From: a virus
UHGV virus genome: UHGV-0237462
DNA: 30,991 nucleotides
Direction: 5' to 3' (one strand)
Below, piece after piece: positions 1 to 9,271 of this stretch (positions within the stretch are counted from its first letter, which is position 1; every line of letters begins with the position of its first letter). The notes under the pieces are model-generated. The model was not told where the DNA came from, did not search any database, and was given only the letters and a program-made list of their open reading frames with translations. A program made the position numbers and the translations under genes.

Positions 1-40
1 GGAATTTCGGACGCGGGTTCAACTCCCGCCAGCTCCACCA
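1..40 (+). ncRNA. ssrA: 3' end of ssrA (tmRNA), partial; ends in CCA. Likely the phage attachment site region
   Basis: Sequence ggaatttcggacgcgggttcaactcccgccagctccacca matches my memory of the T-arm/acceptor 3' end of enterobacterial tmRNA; only the terminal 40 nt are in the window. Confidence 0.75.
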
Positions 41-50
41 AATAAATCAA

Positions 51-83
51 GGGGTTACGTGAAAGCGTAGCCCCTTTTTCTTT
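51..83 (+). terminator. Rho-independent terminator hairpin after the ssrA 3' end
   Basis: 9-bp stem GGGGTTACG (51-59) / CGTAGCCCC (66-74) with one G-U pair, 6-nt loop, followed by TTTTTCTTT. Confidence 0.6.
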
Positions 84-213
84 GGTAGTGGCGGCAAAAT
101 GGCGATAGCCATGGACTAGGGTTGGGTACACGCACATTGCCCTCTATCCTTATGAGTGATCGCACACACGCCTCTACTTTCAAGCTATATTCTAATCTCA
201 ATATGAGGCTACT

Positions 214-927
214 ATGGACTTCAACCTGAACAAAAAAATGCCAGTTAATAGATATCTTGTGATAATAGTTTTTGTCCTTTTCATCTTAGCCTGTATGCAG
301 TTTATTTATCTTTGCCTTCGTTCATTAAGCATTGCCCCAAACTATACGGGGACTGTAAGTGACATTATAATAGCTACAACAAATATTATTTTAGCTACCT
401 ACGCCGTTCGTGCATTCAAAAACTTATTTAAAGATAAACTATCCGATAATGCCATTAGTAAAATAGATACAGCATTGATGTCTCTCGATGATTGCATAGA
501 TAGTTTTTCAAGCTTATTTTTAAATATGACACTTATTAAGATTTATAAAAACACTAATAACCCCAAGGACCCTCAGTTAGTTAAACAGCTCGATGAAGCA
601 GCAAAAAACATTGAAAAAGCAACAAGTTCAGCCTACAAGGCAAGATCTATAATTGGCTCATTAACTCGTTGGAATATAAGCTTAAACACAGAAAAAGGAA
701 TAAGACTAAACCAACTTACCACTGATGTTTTTGAGTTAGGCATGCAGGCAACAAATATGTATATCGCACTAATAAATGAAATAAACCCTAACTCCCCATA
801 CAACTCTTTAACTCATAGACCATTTGATGAGTTATTTAACGAATTTAATGAAGAAAGGACCAGAGTTGAAGACGAAAGCAATGAATTAAAAGAGTTCTCT
901 ATTCATGAAATATTTAAAATCAAATAA
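214..927 (+). CDS. AT-rich hypothetical membrane-anchored protein (237 aa); cargo gene between att and ogr
   Basis: ATG at 214 with GAGG 5 nt upstream; strongly hydrophobic segment near N-terminus (YLVIIVFVLFILACMQFIYLCL); no recognisable catalytic motif; composition visibly far more AT-rich than the phage backbone. Confidence 0.6.
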   Translation: MDFNLNKKMPVNRYLVIIVFVLFILACMQFIYLCLRSLSIAPNYTGTVSDIIIATTNIILATYAVRAFKNLFKDKLSDNAISKIDTALMSLDDCIDSFSSLFLNMTLIKIYKNTNNPKDPQLVKQLDEAAKNIEKATSSAYKARSIIGSLTRWNISLNTEKGIRLNQLTTDVFELGMQATNMYIALINEINPNSPYNSLTHRPFDELFNEFNEERTRVEDESNELKEFSIHEIFKIK

Positions 928-1000
928 GTTATTATAGAATAATTTTAAAAAATCATTTGCATTCTTCTTGTGTCAAAAATCAAATAACTGTCTCGATATT

Positions 1001-1025
1001 ATTCAAAACCCGCCAGCGGCGGGTT
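1001..1025 (-). terminator. Probable terminator of ogr (minus strand), possibly bidirectional
   Basis: Stem AACCCGCC (1007-1014) / GGCGGGTT (1018-1025), 3-nt loop; on the minus strand the hairpin is followed by TTTTGAAT. Confidence 0.5.
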
Positions 1026-1029
1026 AGTA

Positions 1030-1245
1030 TCAGTAAACTAATTGCTCCTGCATCCCTTTGGGATGCGGTGGGGCGGCACTGATTTTCTCGGGGCGACAAA
1101 CAGAACGAACAAAGGTTTCATGCGTTACAAACGTATGCCCACACTCAATATTAGTGCACTGATTGTAACGCTCTTTGGTTTGAGAGGAGACTTGAAAACT
1201 ACTGCGAGTATGTGCGGCCTGACCACACAACGGACAATTCATCAT
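1030..1245 (-). CDS. ogr: Ogr/Delta-family zinc-finger late-gene transcription activator
   Basis: 71 aa; CPLCG...C..C.H four-Cys pattern and overall resemblance to P2 Ogr as I recall it. Confidence 0.9.
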   Translation of the reverse strand: MMNCPLCGQAAHTRSSFQVSSQTKERYNQCTNIECGHTFVTHETFVRSVCRPEKISAAPPHPKGMQEQLVY

Positions 1246-1313
1246 TTATCAACTCTCCTCATCTTTGCTATATTTACAATAATGATACACCATTATTCAA
1301 TATTGAGAACCAT

Positions 1314-2414
1314 TTATTCCATCTCAAGATCACCAATCCTCACTTCAAGCTCAAGACTGGTCGTAAAACCGTTATCCGGGCTGACGGTATGTGTCAGAGT
1401 CGTAATGGTCCATTCCGCATCATCTATCGGCTGTTTAAAGCCACTGACCTTCACAGGCATTTCTGTGTAGAGGTCTGCCCGCCCTTCCGCCAGTTGTAGC
1501 GAGAATGACGCAACACCGCGTTGCAGGCGTTCCCACTGCATTTTCGCCGCTCGTTCAGCGTTGCCCCAGTTGGCATAGGTACGATTAAGTACCAGCACGT
1601 TTTCATCCGTACCCACCAGGTAATCGCCCTGCTTCGCTTCCGGCTCTTTCTTCTGCTTCTTAGTCCTGCGCTTACGCTTCACCGTGGTGCTTTCTTTCTT
1701 CGCGGGTTCGCGGGTATGCAACCAGCTGGCAATTACGCCCGTGTAGGCTCCGCGATCTGCCAGGGTAAAGCGGTGACTGTCGCCGTCCTTGCGTGTGATA
1801 GTGATCACCGGCAGTGGTTTACCGCTGGCGCTTTTACCCTGTCCCTGTCGGATAAATAACAGATTGCCATTTTTCACCGACGCAATAGCACCGTACTGGC
1901 GCGCCAACCGCATCAGAAAACTGCCGTCACTCTCATTGGTCTGGTCTATATGTTCCACGGGTTTATCTGACAGGTCTTTACCCAATGCCATCTTCAGTTT
2001 GTGCCGCGCAGCTATTTCCTTCACCACTTCCCCAACGGTGGTCTTGTGCCACGACTTTTCACGGCGGGTATTCAGTGTTTCACGAAAATCAGCACTTCGC
2101 GCCCGGATAGTCAGGCGGTCCGGTGCGCCAGTGTGTTCAATCTCGTCCACCGTGAATGCCCCTTTCGGGAAAAGCGGCTGCCCCTTCCAGCCCAGCGCCA
2201 GCGTAATGACCGCACCACGGCGCGGCAGCGCTATTTTTCCATCGGCGTCGTCCAGCTCCAGATCAAGCTGGTCCGCTTCAAAGCCCCGGTTATCCGTCAG
2301 CGTCAGCCTCATCAGGCGGTTATCCAGCACAGTGGTGATATCCCTGCCCTCAATACTGATGCTGAATGCCGGAGTTTTGTTGCCTTTGTTAAGCAGTTCA
2401 GAGCTGAAATTCAC
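1314..2414 (-). CDS. D: Tail protein gpD (late control D)
   Basis: 366 aa, position between U and ogr, P2 gpD-like sequence; GTG start overlapping U stop. Confidence 0.9.
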   Translation of the reverse strand: MNFSSELLNKGNKTPAFSISIEGRDITTVLDNRLMRLTLTDNRGFEADQLDLELDDADGKIALPRRGAVITLALGWKGQPLFPKGAFTVDEIEHTGAPDRLTIRARSADFRETLNTRREKSWHKTTVGEVVKEIAARHKLKMALGKDLSDKPVEHIDQTNESDGSFLMRLARQYGAIASVKNGNLLFIRQGQGKSASGKPLPVITITRKDGDSHRFTLADRGAYTGVIASWLHTREPAKKESTTVKRKRRTKKQKKEPEAKQGDYLVGTDENVLVLNRTYANWGNAERAAKMQWERLQRGVASFSLQLAEGRADLYTEMPVKVSGFKQPIDDAEWTITTLTHTVSPDNGFTTSLELEVRIGDLEME

Positions 2415-2896
2415 GACAGCAGCCCTCCCACCGTTTTACTGATATCACTTAAGGCAGATGTTGCCGTGTCCTGCAGATTATTCAGTTGCGTACTGAGATC
2501 ACCGAACATATCGGACAGGGATTCATCCACCCGTTTGAGCGACAGGGTGAACTCAATCCGCCGCGGCATACCGTCGCGGAAAAACTCCGTTTTAGTCAGA
2601 TTCAGTCCCTCAATCACATACATGCCGTAAATCGTGCCGCTGCCTTCAATCAGGGGCCATGCTTTTCCCTGTTCTGCCATCTGCTCCAGAGCCAGCAACG
2701 ACAGCCTGCCGCCCGTTATCTCCGGCATAAGAACACCAGAAAGCGTCAGCATGTCGTTGTCCGGTCCCAGAAACTGCGTGGACGGACGACGGTTTACCCG
2801 GCTGTTTGCCGCATGTCGCCAGCTGCGTTGATACTGCAGTTCCTGATACGGAACGGTGCGCAGCATAAACACGTACAATCCCAGCACCATCATCAT
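2411..2896 (-). CDS. U: Tail protein gpU
   Basis: 161 aa; synteny T-U-D; start overlaps T stop. Confidence 0.9.
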   Translation of the reverse strand: MMMVLGLYVFMLRTVPYQELQYQRSWRHAANSRVNRRPSTQFLGPDNDMLTLSGVLMPEITGGRLSLLALEQMAEQGKAWPLIEGSGTIYGMYVIEGLNLTKTEFFRDGMPRRIEFTLSLKRVDESLSDMFGDLSTQLNNLQDTATSALSDISKTVGGLLS

Positions 2897-5800
2897 GCGT
2901 CGTATCCCCCCTGATCGCTGTAGTTACTCCTGGCTTTTGCCTTCAGCCTGCGTTCACGTTCATCAAGCTGGCGTGCCACCTCCCGCGCAATATCCTGCGC
3001 ACTTTGTCCTGGCTGCATCTGAATGATGATCTGCGTCGGTGCCTCAATCCGGTGAACGGGCGGCACAGTGGCTGCACGACTCACCATCGCTTCGCCGCCT
3101 TTCGCGGGAAGTGCCAAAGGATGCAACGGTGGAAGCTCTGCAGGCGCGGCAGCAACGCCCATCATTCCGGCAACAACGGCAGCCAGTGCAGCTGTATTTC
3201 TCCGGCTGGTCACATTTGCCGGGCCGTTAACAATTTCCGGCCCGTTTTCACCGACGATGCCAAACTGCCCGCGCGGGATATAGCCGCCGCTGTCATACAT
3301 CCCCGCAAAGCCATATCCCCATGACGGAAAACCACCCGATGGCATCATCACTTTGCCGTCTGCATTCACCGTCGCAGGTTGCTGACGCGTCACGCGTTCC
3401 GGCAGTTTTGCCTTTGCGGCCTCTTTACTGACAATGCCGAGTTTTTCCAGCAACCAGGATACGCCGGATTTCAGGGAGTCCAGCGGATGCATGACCATAT
3501 TCAGCCCTTCCGCCAGTGCCTCCCCGAATCGCCGCCCCATTGCCGCTGCACTCTGCAGTTCGGCAGAGGTCGACTTAACGGGCGTCAGCAGATCAGTAAA
3601 CCAGCCCCACAACGCCTGTACTTTGTCGCCAATCCACTGGAACACGGGCTTAAGCGGCTCGAATGCTGCACTGACGGGACCTGCCGCCGCTTTGAATCCT
3701 TCCACCACGCCACCAAGAAATGCGGTGATGGGTTGCCAGTATTTCCAGACAACCAGCGCCACGCCCGCCAGTGCAGTAACCACAAGACCTATCGGACTGA
3801 GCAGAGCACCTAACAGACCAGATACGGCATACAGGGCAACGCGCAGCATCGCCAGTGGACCAGATGCCAGTACTCGCAGCACCGTGCCTGCGGCGGCCAG
3901 TCCACCGCGTAGTGCTGCCAGTGGATTCATAAACATCACAGCAACCGCACGTAAACCGGATAATCCAGACCGCAAAAGTGCAACCGGCGCACCTGCTACA
4001 GTTTTCAGGACATTTCCCGTCAGTGATGCCGTGCGGCGCAAAGACGACAACAGCGCAGTAAGTAAACCTGCGGCGTTGCCCGATGAAGCAAGCCCGCGTC
4101 GCAGCAGTGCCAGTGGTGCGCCAGCCAGCCAGGACAACGCGCTGCTGGTTCGAGTTACTGCTGCCGTAACGGAAGGTAACGTTTTGATACCCAGCACAGA
4201 GAATCCCAGACGGATCACTGCCAGCGGCCCCAGAACTGCAGCCAGCGCCACCGCTAAGGTGCCGAGGCCTACGGTAACCGCAGCCACAACAGCCGCTACT
4301 TTCATCAGTGTGCCTGTCAGTTCCGGGTTAGCTTCCACCCAGCGGCGCAACGCCCCCGTGATGCTTTTCACCGTGTACAGAATATCCATCAGCGGCTGGC
4401 GCAGCGTTTCGCCCAGGCTGCTGAAGGTGTTCTGCGCTCCGGTTTTGACCAGCAACCACTGAGCAGAAAGTGAGTCTTTGTTGATGTCGGATTCTTTCTG
4501 CATGGAACCGAGCGCATCATTGCCCGCTGTCAGCTTTAACTGGCGCTGCAGTTCCGGCAGGTTGTTTGCCAGTTTCGCCGCGTCATCGCCAAACTCTTTA
4601 CCAAACAACATGGTCATGGCAGACAGACGCTTGTCCTGCGGCAGTGCGTTCACCTTCTCCAGCACGCGCTGGATGGTTCCCATCGCATCCTTCGTCATCT
4701 GCTTTTCAATCACTTCAGGATTGAGTTTCAGCAGATTCATCCCTTCAAAGAAACTCTTGCTTTGCATGGTGGCAATGGACAATTCACGCACCATCGCGTT
4801 TGCTGCACTGGCTGCAACCTCTGGCGCAGCGCCCAGTGTCAGAAAGGTGGAACCCAGCGCCGCCGCTTTACGATAATCCAGACGATCAGCCACACCGCCC
4901 AGGCGTTGCATGACATCAATGATGTCTGCCCCTTTCGACATGGCGTTATCATCCAGATAGTTCAGCGCATCACCGAGCTGTTCAATATTGCGGGTAGGGA
5001 TTTTGTAGAGCTGGGCGATTTTCCCCAGACTTTCTGACAGTTCATCCGCTGGCAGCTCAAAGGCTGTTGCCGCCTTTGCTGCCGTACTGGCGAAGGCCAG
5101 CAGGTCACGTTTCTGGTCTTCCCAGCTGTCGTCAGGGTTTGCGACGTTCATGCGTGCACCACCTTCAACCAGTGCAGCGAAATCCACCGCACCGTTTTCC
5201 ATCGGCAACTGTTCGCTGGCAGCCTTGATGGCATCCTGCATTTCATAAAAACGTGCAGTGCGGTTGCCATTATCGTCACGCAGACCATTGACCTGCTTTG
5301 CCACACCTTTCATGGCATCTTCTATGCTGGTATAGCTTTTTACTGCCGCCATCACTGGCGTCCCCATTGCCAACCCTGCAGCCGTGGTAGTGGCTCCGGC
5401 TCCTGCAATACGATCGCGCACCTCCAGCGAACGGGCATAACTGGCACGCGCCGCATTCATCCTGCGCTGAGCTTCCCCCAGTCGCTTCAGCCGCGCCTCC
5501 TGTTTCGACAGTTCCTGGTTATAACGTGATGTTTCACGGGCTAAACGGGCAGTTGCTCCCGCATCATCTTTCGCAGAAATTCCCGCCCGGTACAGTTCTG
5601 CACGCACAAGCGCCGTTTGCTTCTGCAAATATTTTTGTTGTTCTTCCAGGCGTTGGACTGCCAGCGTTTGCCGACCTAAAGCCACAAGGTGCCGTTGTGA
5701 TGGTTGTTCCATCGCCTCCAGCTCAGAGCTAAGCAAATTAGCCTTCTGTCTGGCATAGTTCAGCCTGTCGCCTAACTTCTTGTTATCGGCCTGCAGCTTG

Positions 5801-5970
5801 CGAAATTTTTCCAGGCTGTTACCCGCCTGATTGAGTTGCTTTAATGCGTCACGGGAGTTTCTGATTGCGCCAGCCAGCTCTTTCGAACTGGCTTGTGCAG
5901 CACGGAATGGGCGGGTGAGTTTGTCAACCGCATTAAGAATGACCTGCAGGCGCAGGTTGTTATCACTCAT
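2893..5970 (-). CDS. T: Tail tape measure protein gpT
   Basis: 1025 aa, coiled-coil N-terminal half, Ala/Gly-rich hydrophobic repeats in the middle; position after E/E-prime. Confidence 0.9.
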   Translation of the reverse strand: MSDNNLRLQVILNAVDKLTRPFRAAQASSKELAGAIRNSRDALKQLNQAGNSLEKFRKLQADNKKLGDRLNYARQKANLLSSELEAMEQPSQRHLVALGRQTLAVQRLEEQQKYLQKQTALVRAELYRAGISAKDDAGATARLARETSRYNQELSKQEARLKRLGEAQRRMNAARASYARSLEVRDRIAGAGATTTAAGLAMGTPVMAAVKSYTSIEDAMKGVAKQVNGLRDDNGNRTARFYEMQDAIKAASEQLPMENGAVDFAALVEGGARMNVANPDDSWEDQKRDLLAFASTAAKAATAFELPADELSESLGKIAQLYKIPTRNIEQLGDALNYLDDNAMSKGADIIDVMQRLGGVADRLDYRKAAALGSTFLTLGAAPEVAASAANAMVRELSIATMQSKSFFEGMNLLKLNPEVIEKQMTKDAMGTIQRVLEKVNALPQDKRLSAMTMLFGKEFGDDAAKLANNLPELQRQLKLTAGNDALGSMQKESDINKDSLSAQWLLVKTGAQNTFSSLGETLRQPLMDILYTVKSITGALRRWVEANPELTGTLMKVAAVVAAVTVGLGTLAVALAAVLGPLAVIRLGFSVLGIKTLPSVTAAVTRTSSALSWLAGAPLALLRRGLASSGNAAGLLTALLSSLRRTASLTGNVLKTVAGAPVALLRSGLSGLRAVAVMFMNPLAALRGGLAAAGTVLRVLASGPLAMLRVALYAVSGLLGALLSPIGLVVTALAGVALVVWKYWQPITAFLGGVVEGFKAAAGPVSAAFEPLKPVFQWIGDKVQALWGWFTDLLTPVKSTSAELQSAAAMGRRFGEALAEGLNMVMHPLDSLKSGVSWLLEKLGIVSKEAAKAKLPERVTRQQPATVNADGKVMMPSGGFPSWGYGFAGMYDSGGYIPRGQFGIVGENGPEIVNGPANVTSRRNTAALAAVVAGMMGVAAAPAELPPLHPLALPAKGGEAMVSRAATVPPVHRIEAPTQIIIQMQPGQSAQDIAREVARQLDERERRLKAKARSNYSDQGGYDA

Positions 5971-6399
5971 CGTTGGCCCCGCTTCTCTGAATCGCTTTAT
6001 ACCGCCATTCCAGCACTTCGGTCAGCGGCATAACGTCAGTAACGGATGGCGGCCAGTGAAAAATGGTGGCGATATCTGCCACCAGATCGTCAACCGTCAG
6101 GCTGTCGGTAAACCGGCAAGCACCGACTTCTTCAACAAAAAAGTGACAACCTCAACCGACATGGCAGTGAGATCTGCCGGGTCCATCTCTGCAATTTCCT
6201 GTGCAGTCAGTGCCGGGCTGGAGATGCGGGGGATCACGGTCATCATCGCGTTCACATCCATATCCATAATGGCCTGCAGGCGTGTACCGCGCAGCGCACC
6301 GGACTGCGGTTTACGCAGCACAATTTCGGTGATTTCAGTTTTACCACGCATGATGGGAGTATCCAGTTGAATGGTCTTTTCAGTCTGCTTATCGCTCAT
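5963..6399 (-). CDS. gpE+E-prime, product of a programmed -1 ribosomal frameshift
   Basis: Slippery T TTT TTG at 6142..6136 (minus strand) in the E zero frame (ACT TTT TTG); the -1 frame stays open from there to a TGA at 5965..5963, which overlaps the T start codon (ATGAGTGA). I translated the extension by hand with no internal stop. Confidence 0.7.
6097..6399 (-). CDS. E: Tail assembly chaperone gpE
   Basis: 100 aa; immediately upstream of T; contains slippery heptamer near its 3' end. Confidence 0.85.
   Translation of the reverse strand: MSDKQTEKTIQLDTPIMRGKTEITEIVLRKPQSGALRGTRLQAIMDMDVNAMMTVIPRISSPALTAQEIAEMDPADLTAMSVEVVTFLLKKSVLAGLPTA
6136..6142 (-). other. Slippery heptamer TTTTTTG for the E/E-prime frameshift
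   Basis: Read directly; same heptamer class as the P2 E/E-prime and lambda G/GT sites. Confidence 0.7.
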
Positions 6400-6453
6400 T
6401 TTGCTGTCCTGTAAATTGGGTTCTGGCGCGGTATCCCGCGCCGTTCAGATAGA

Positions 6454-6969
6454 TCAGAGGCCGAGGGCGTTGCGGTGCGCTTCCATCAGGTCCACACCGT
6501 CCACAATTTCCACCATGTTGATAAGGTCCACTTCATAGAGCACCTCACCATTGATGGTCAGCTTCGCGTAGCTGTTGGTACTGGTCACTTTGGTGGTGTT
6601 GCTTTCGCCCGTCTTCCACTCGCCGGAATCCACTTCTTTGTGACGTCCACGCACCACAAGCTCCACGGCCTGCACTTCCCCGGTATCGTCACGCTGGATA
6701 GAGCCAGTAAAGCGCAGCTGGATGCCATCCACAGTGGCTTTGCCTATCTGCTTAAACAGCAGCAGTTCAGTACCACCAATGGAAAATTCTGTGTCCAGAG
6801 CACTGTCATCAAGCCCCAGATCCACATCCACCGCCCCCGGCATTCCGCCGCCGCGATACTTCTCATATTTGCGGGTGAATTTCGGCAGCGTCAGCGACTC
6901 AACGATCCCCTGCCAGTTGTTCCCGTCGTTAAACAGGTTCAGGTGTTTTAATTTGCGTGGTAAAGCCAT
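6454..6969 (-). CDS. FII: Tail tube protein gpFII
   Basis: 171 aa; synteny FI-FII-E-T. Confidence 0.9.
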   Translation of the reverse strand: MALPRKLKHLNLFNDGNNWQGIVESLTLPKFTRKYEKYRGGGMPGAVDVDLGLDDSALDTEFSIGGTELLLFKQIGKATVDGIQLRFTGSIQRDDTGEVQAVELVVRGRHKEVDSGEWKTGESNTTKVTSTNSYAKLTINGEVLYEVDLINMVEIVDGVDLMEAHRNALGL

Positions 6970-6978
6970 GTTGTCCCC

Positions 6979-8151
6979 TTACGCGCTGACCTGGCTGGAG
7001 AAATTCACCAGGTACTGATCGGTGATGCGCTGACGCAGCATCAGGTTTTCAAGTGGCGGCACTGGCGTGTAGTCGTAGTCGATGGTGAGCTTCCCGGCTT
7101 TCAGAGTATCTTTGTCGTTCACCGACTCATCCAGCCAGCAATCACCACCAATGAGATAGCCCTGACTGACCAGGCTGCGCATTTTGGCGCGGATACCTTC
7201 GATAATGTCGCGGGCCAACGACGGGTTCAGCGGTTTGTCCACCGCCCACATATGCGCTTCTGCCATTGTGTCCATAAGTACTTGCGCCGTGCGGGTGTAG
7301 TTTTCGAAGGCAAAGAGCGGGTCATCACTCAGGCAGCGGGAACCCCAGAAGCGGAAACCGTCTTTGCGGATAAGGGTGGTGACGTCGTTCTGGTTCAGCA
7401 GTCCCGCATCTGTTGCCGTGTCCTGCAGATCCCAGAACACATCAGCAGAAATTCCGGTGACACCGTTAACGCCCACGTTGGACAGGCTTTTGTGCCATCC
7501 GGTCTGCTCATCAATTTTGGCGCGCAAACCAAGCGCACGGGCGGTGGCATAAGCCGTTGCTTCGGCATTCAGCACCGTGTCCCAGCCAGTAAAGTCGGGC
7601 CAGATCAGCATTCCTTCACGCTGACTGAAGTTTTCACGGTAAGTGATCGCCTCCTGCACTGTCTTGCAGCCATACGCTGACAGGTAAGCAAACCCACGCA
7701 GGCTTTGCGCCACGCTCAGCAACTCAGTAGCAACGGCTTTGTTATCGTGGCCTGGCACGCCGAGAATGCGCGGTTTAACGCCGAGCTGTGACTGTGCAGA
7801 TAACAGAGCTTTCATGCCTGTTTTTTTACCTTCAGCAGTCACTGCGCCGATGATATTGGTCGTGGTTTCTTCTTCCGTTTCACCCTGCGGCACACGCACA
7901 ACAACGGTCACGGGTTTTGCCTGGTCAGCGATGGCATCCAGCGAACGGGCCAGCGTGCCGGACTCACCCGCTTTACCGCTGGCAGTCAGCACATCAGTGA
8001 TCAGCACGGGTTTATTAAGAGGAAACATTTTTGCATCGGCATCATCGCCCGTGCAGACCATACCCACGATGGCGGTGCTCACCGTGGTAATGGATCGGGT
8101 GCCTTCGTTGATTTCAACAACGCGCACCCCGTGGTGGTAATCCTGAGCCAT
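6979..8151 (-). CDS. FI: Contractile tail sheath protein gpFI
   Basis: 390 aa; P2 FI-like sequence and position. Confidence 0.9.
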   Translation of the reverse strand: MAQDYHHGVRVVEINEGTRSITTVSTAIVGMVCTGDDADAKMFPLNKPVLITDVLTASGKAGESGTLARSLDAIADQAKPVTVVVRVPQGETEEETTTNIIGAVTAEGKKTGMKALLSAQSQLGVKPRILGVPGHDNKAVATELLSVAQSLRGFAYLSAYGCKTVQEAITYRENFSQREGMLIWPDFTGWDTVLNAEATAYATARALGLRAKIDEQTGWHKSLSNVGVNGVTGISADVFWDLQDTATDAGLLNQNDVTTLIRKDGFRFWGSRCLSDDPLFAFENYTRTAQVLMDTMAEAHMWAVDKPLNPSLARDIIEGIRAKMRSLVSQGYLIGGDCWLDESVNDKDTLKAGKLTIDYDYTPVPPLENLMLRQRITDQYLVNFSSQVSA

Positions 8152-8227
8152 AGCGGCGAACCTCCTGATTGGATTAGGCTTCGCCCTATGTTGAAGTGAT
8201 TGTGCCTGACAAACAGCTAAGCGCAGT

Positions 8228-8245
8228 TGTGTCGTTATTCACACA
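8228..8245 (-). promoter_or_regulatory. Candidate Ogr-dependent late promoter element (TGT-N12-ACA dyad) upstream of FI
   Basis: TTGTGT (8227-8232) ... ACACAA (8241-8246); TGT at 8228-8230 and ACA at 8243-8245 give TGT-N12-ACA; centre about 85 bp upstream of the FI ATG. Confidence 0.5.
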
Positions 8246-8293
8246 AAATGACGGTATTTGCCTACTTGCAGGGATAATCAAAATAATGCTGAT

Positions 8294-8860
8294 TCAGGGG
8301 GATTCATTACTCTTATTTGCCGGAAATTTTCTATAAATGGTAGAAACGCCTACATCAAAAATCAGTGCAATACGCTGTCTTGATTCTCCGGCCTCGAGTA
8401 AACGCCCAATCTGTGCCCACTGTTTGGTGGTCAACTTAGGACGGCGTCCACCTACTCTGCCTTTGGCACGAGCTGCAGCCAGCCCTGCCCTAGTACGTTC
8501 AACTATCAGTTCGCGTTCCATTTCAGCCAGGGCCCCCATGACATGAAAAAAGAAACGGCCCATTGGGGTGCTGGTATCAATACTGTCAGTCAGGCTTCGG
8601 AAATTCACGCCACGCTGACGCAACTCTTCTATCAGCGTAACAAGATGCCGCATACTGCGCCCCAACCTGTCTAGCTTCCAGACAACCAGCGTGTCTCCTG
8701 CCGATAGTGTCCTGAGCAGTTTTTTCAGCCCCGGTCTGTCGGACTTAGTGCCACTGATTTTATCCTCAAAAATCCGCTCACATCCCGCGCAGTTCAGTGC
8801 ATTACGTTGCAAATCGGTGTTCTGGTCATTTGTTGACACGCGTACATAGCCAATAAGCAT
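8294..8860 (-). CDS. Serine-recombinase DNA invertase (Gin/Pin/Hin/Cin family)
   Basis: 188 aa; N-terminus MLIGYVRVSTNDQNTDLQRNAL and GRFFFHVMGALAEMERELI are near-identical to Gin/Hin invertases as I recall them; C-terminal HTH. Confidence 0.9.
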   Translation of the reverse strand: MLIGYVRVSTNDQNTDLQRNALNCAGCERIFEDKISGTKSDRPGLKKLLRTLSAGDTLVVWKLDRLGRSMRHLVTLIEELRQRGVNFRSLTDSIDTSTPMGRFFFHVMGALAEMERELIVERTRAGLAAARAKGRVGGRRPKLTTKQWAQIGRLLEAGESRQRIALIFDVGVSTIYRKFPANKSNESP

Positions 8861-8915
8861 GATTATCCCCCTGAATAAAAACCGGGGATGATGCCAGTTA
8901 GCTGTTACCTCTGCA

Positions 8916-8941
8916 TTTTCTTAAACGTTGGTTTGGGAGAA
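8916..8941. repeat. Left (invertase-proximal) 26-bp inversion crossover site
   Basis: TTTTCTTAAACG TT GGTTTGGGAGAA: 12-bp half-sites around a 2-bp core, gix/hix/cix-like; the inner half-site is the exact reverse complement of the inner half-site of the partner at 10512..10537. Confidence 0.7.
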
Positions 8942-9271
8942 GCCAGATATATCATTCAGCGAGGAGCTAATGCCAATGGTGCATGGATTCGCTGGTCAGA
9001 TGGTGCAATAGAAGTCTTTGGAACGGGTGGGTCTAATGATAATGGACTGGCTAAAGTCGTTTACCCAATTGCACTGCCTAAACTTTCACGTTTTATCAGT
9101 ATCGCGGAAAGAATAAGAACAGATTACGAGAGCACACCTAATAATGTTCACGTTTCAATGATCGTGGATGATCAGGTAACAAATACCGGTTTTTATGCCC
9201 GCTGCCAGATGTACGACGGCAGACCATCATCAAATGCTTTTTCCTGGAGGGTTTATTGTGCGCCTGTTTAA
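8930..9271 (+). CDS. Silent alternative tail-fibre C-terminal cassette (no own start; would fuse to the H constant region after inversion)
   Basis: Open frame from the crossover core to TAA at 9269-9271; the codon phase at the core (G TT) matches the phase of H at the partner core (C TT), so inversion would give an in-frame H constant part plus 113 new C-terminal residues beginning GLGEARY. Confidence 0.6.
   Translation, partial: GLGEARYIIQRGANANGAWIRWSDGAIEVFGTGGSNDNGLAKVVYPIALPKLSRFISIAERIRTDYESTPNNVHVSMIVDDQVTNTGFYARCQMYDGRPSSNAFSWRVYCAPV

Noticed and set aside
1042-1499. Plus-strand ORFs (142 aa and 95 aa) overlapping ogr and the 3' end of D
   Set aside because: They overlap the clearly identifiable ogr and D genes on the other strand and have no homology signal
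3434-4462. 342-aa ORF on the plus strand inside tape-measure gene T, with several other plus-strand ORFs between 3004 and 5037
   Set aside because: Antisense to a well-supported 1025-aa gene in GC-rich DNA; the Ala/Ser/Pro-rich low-complexity translation is typical of spurious antisense frames
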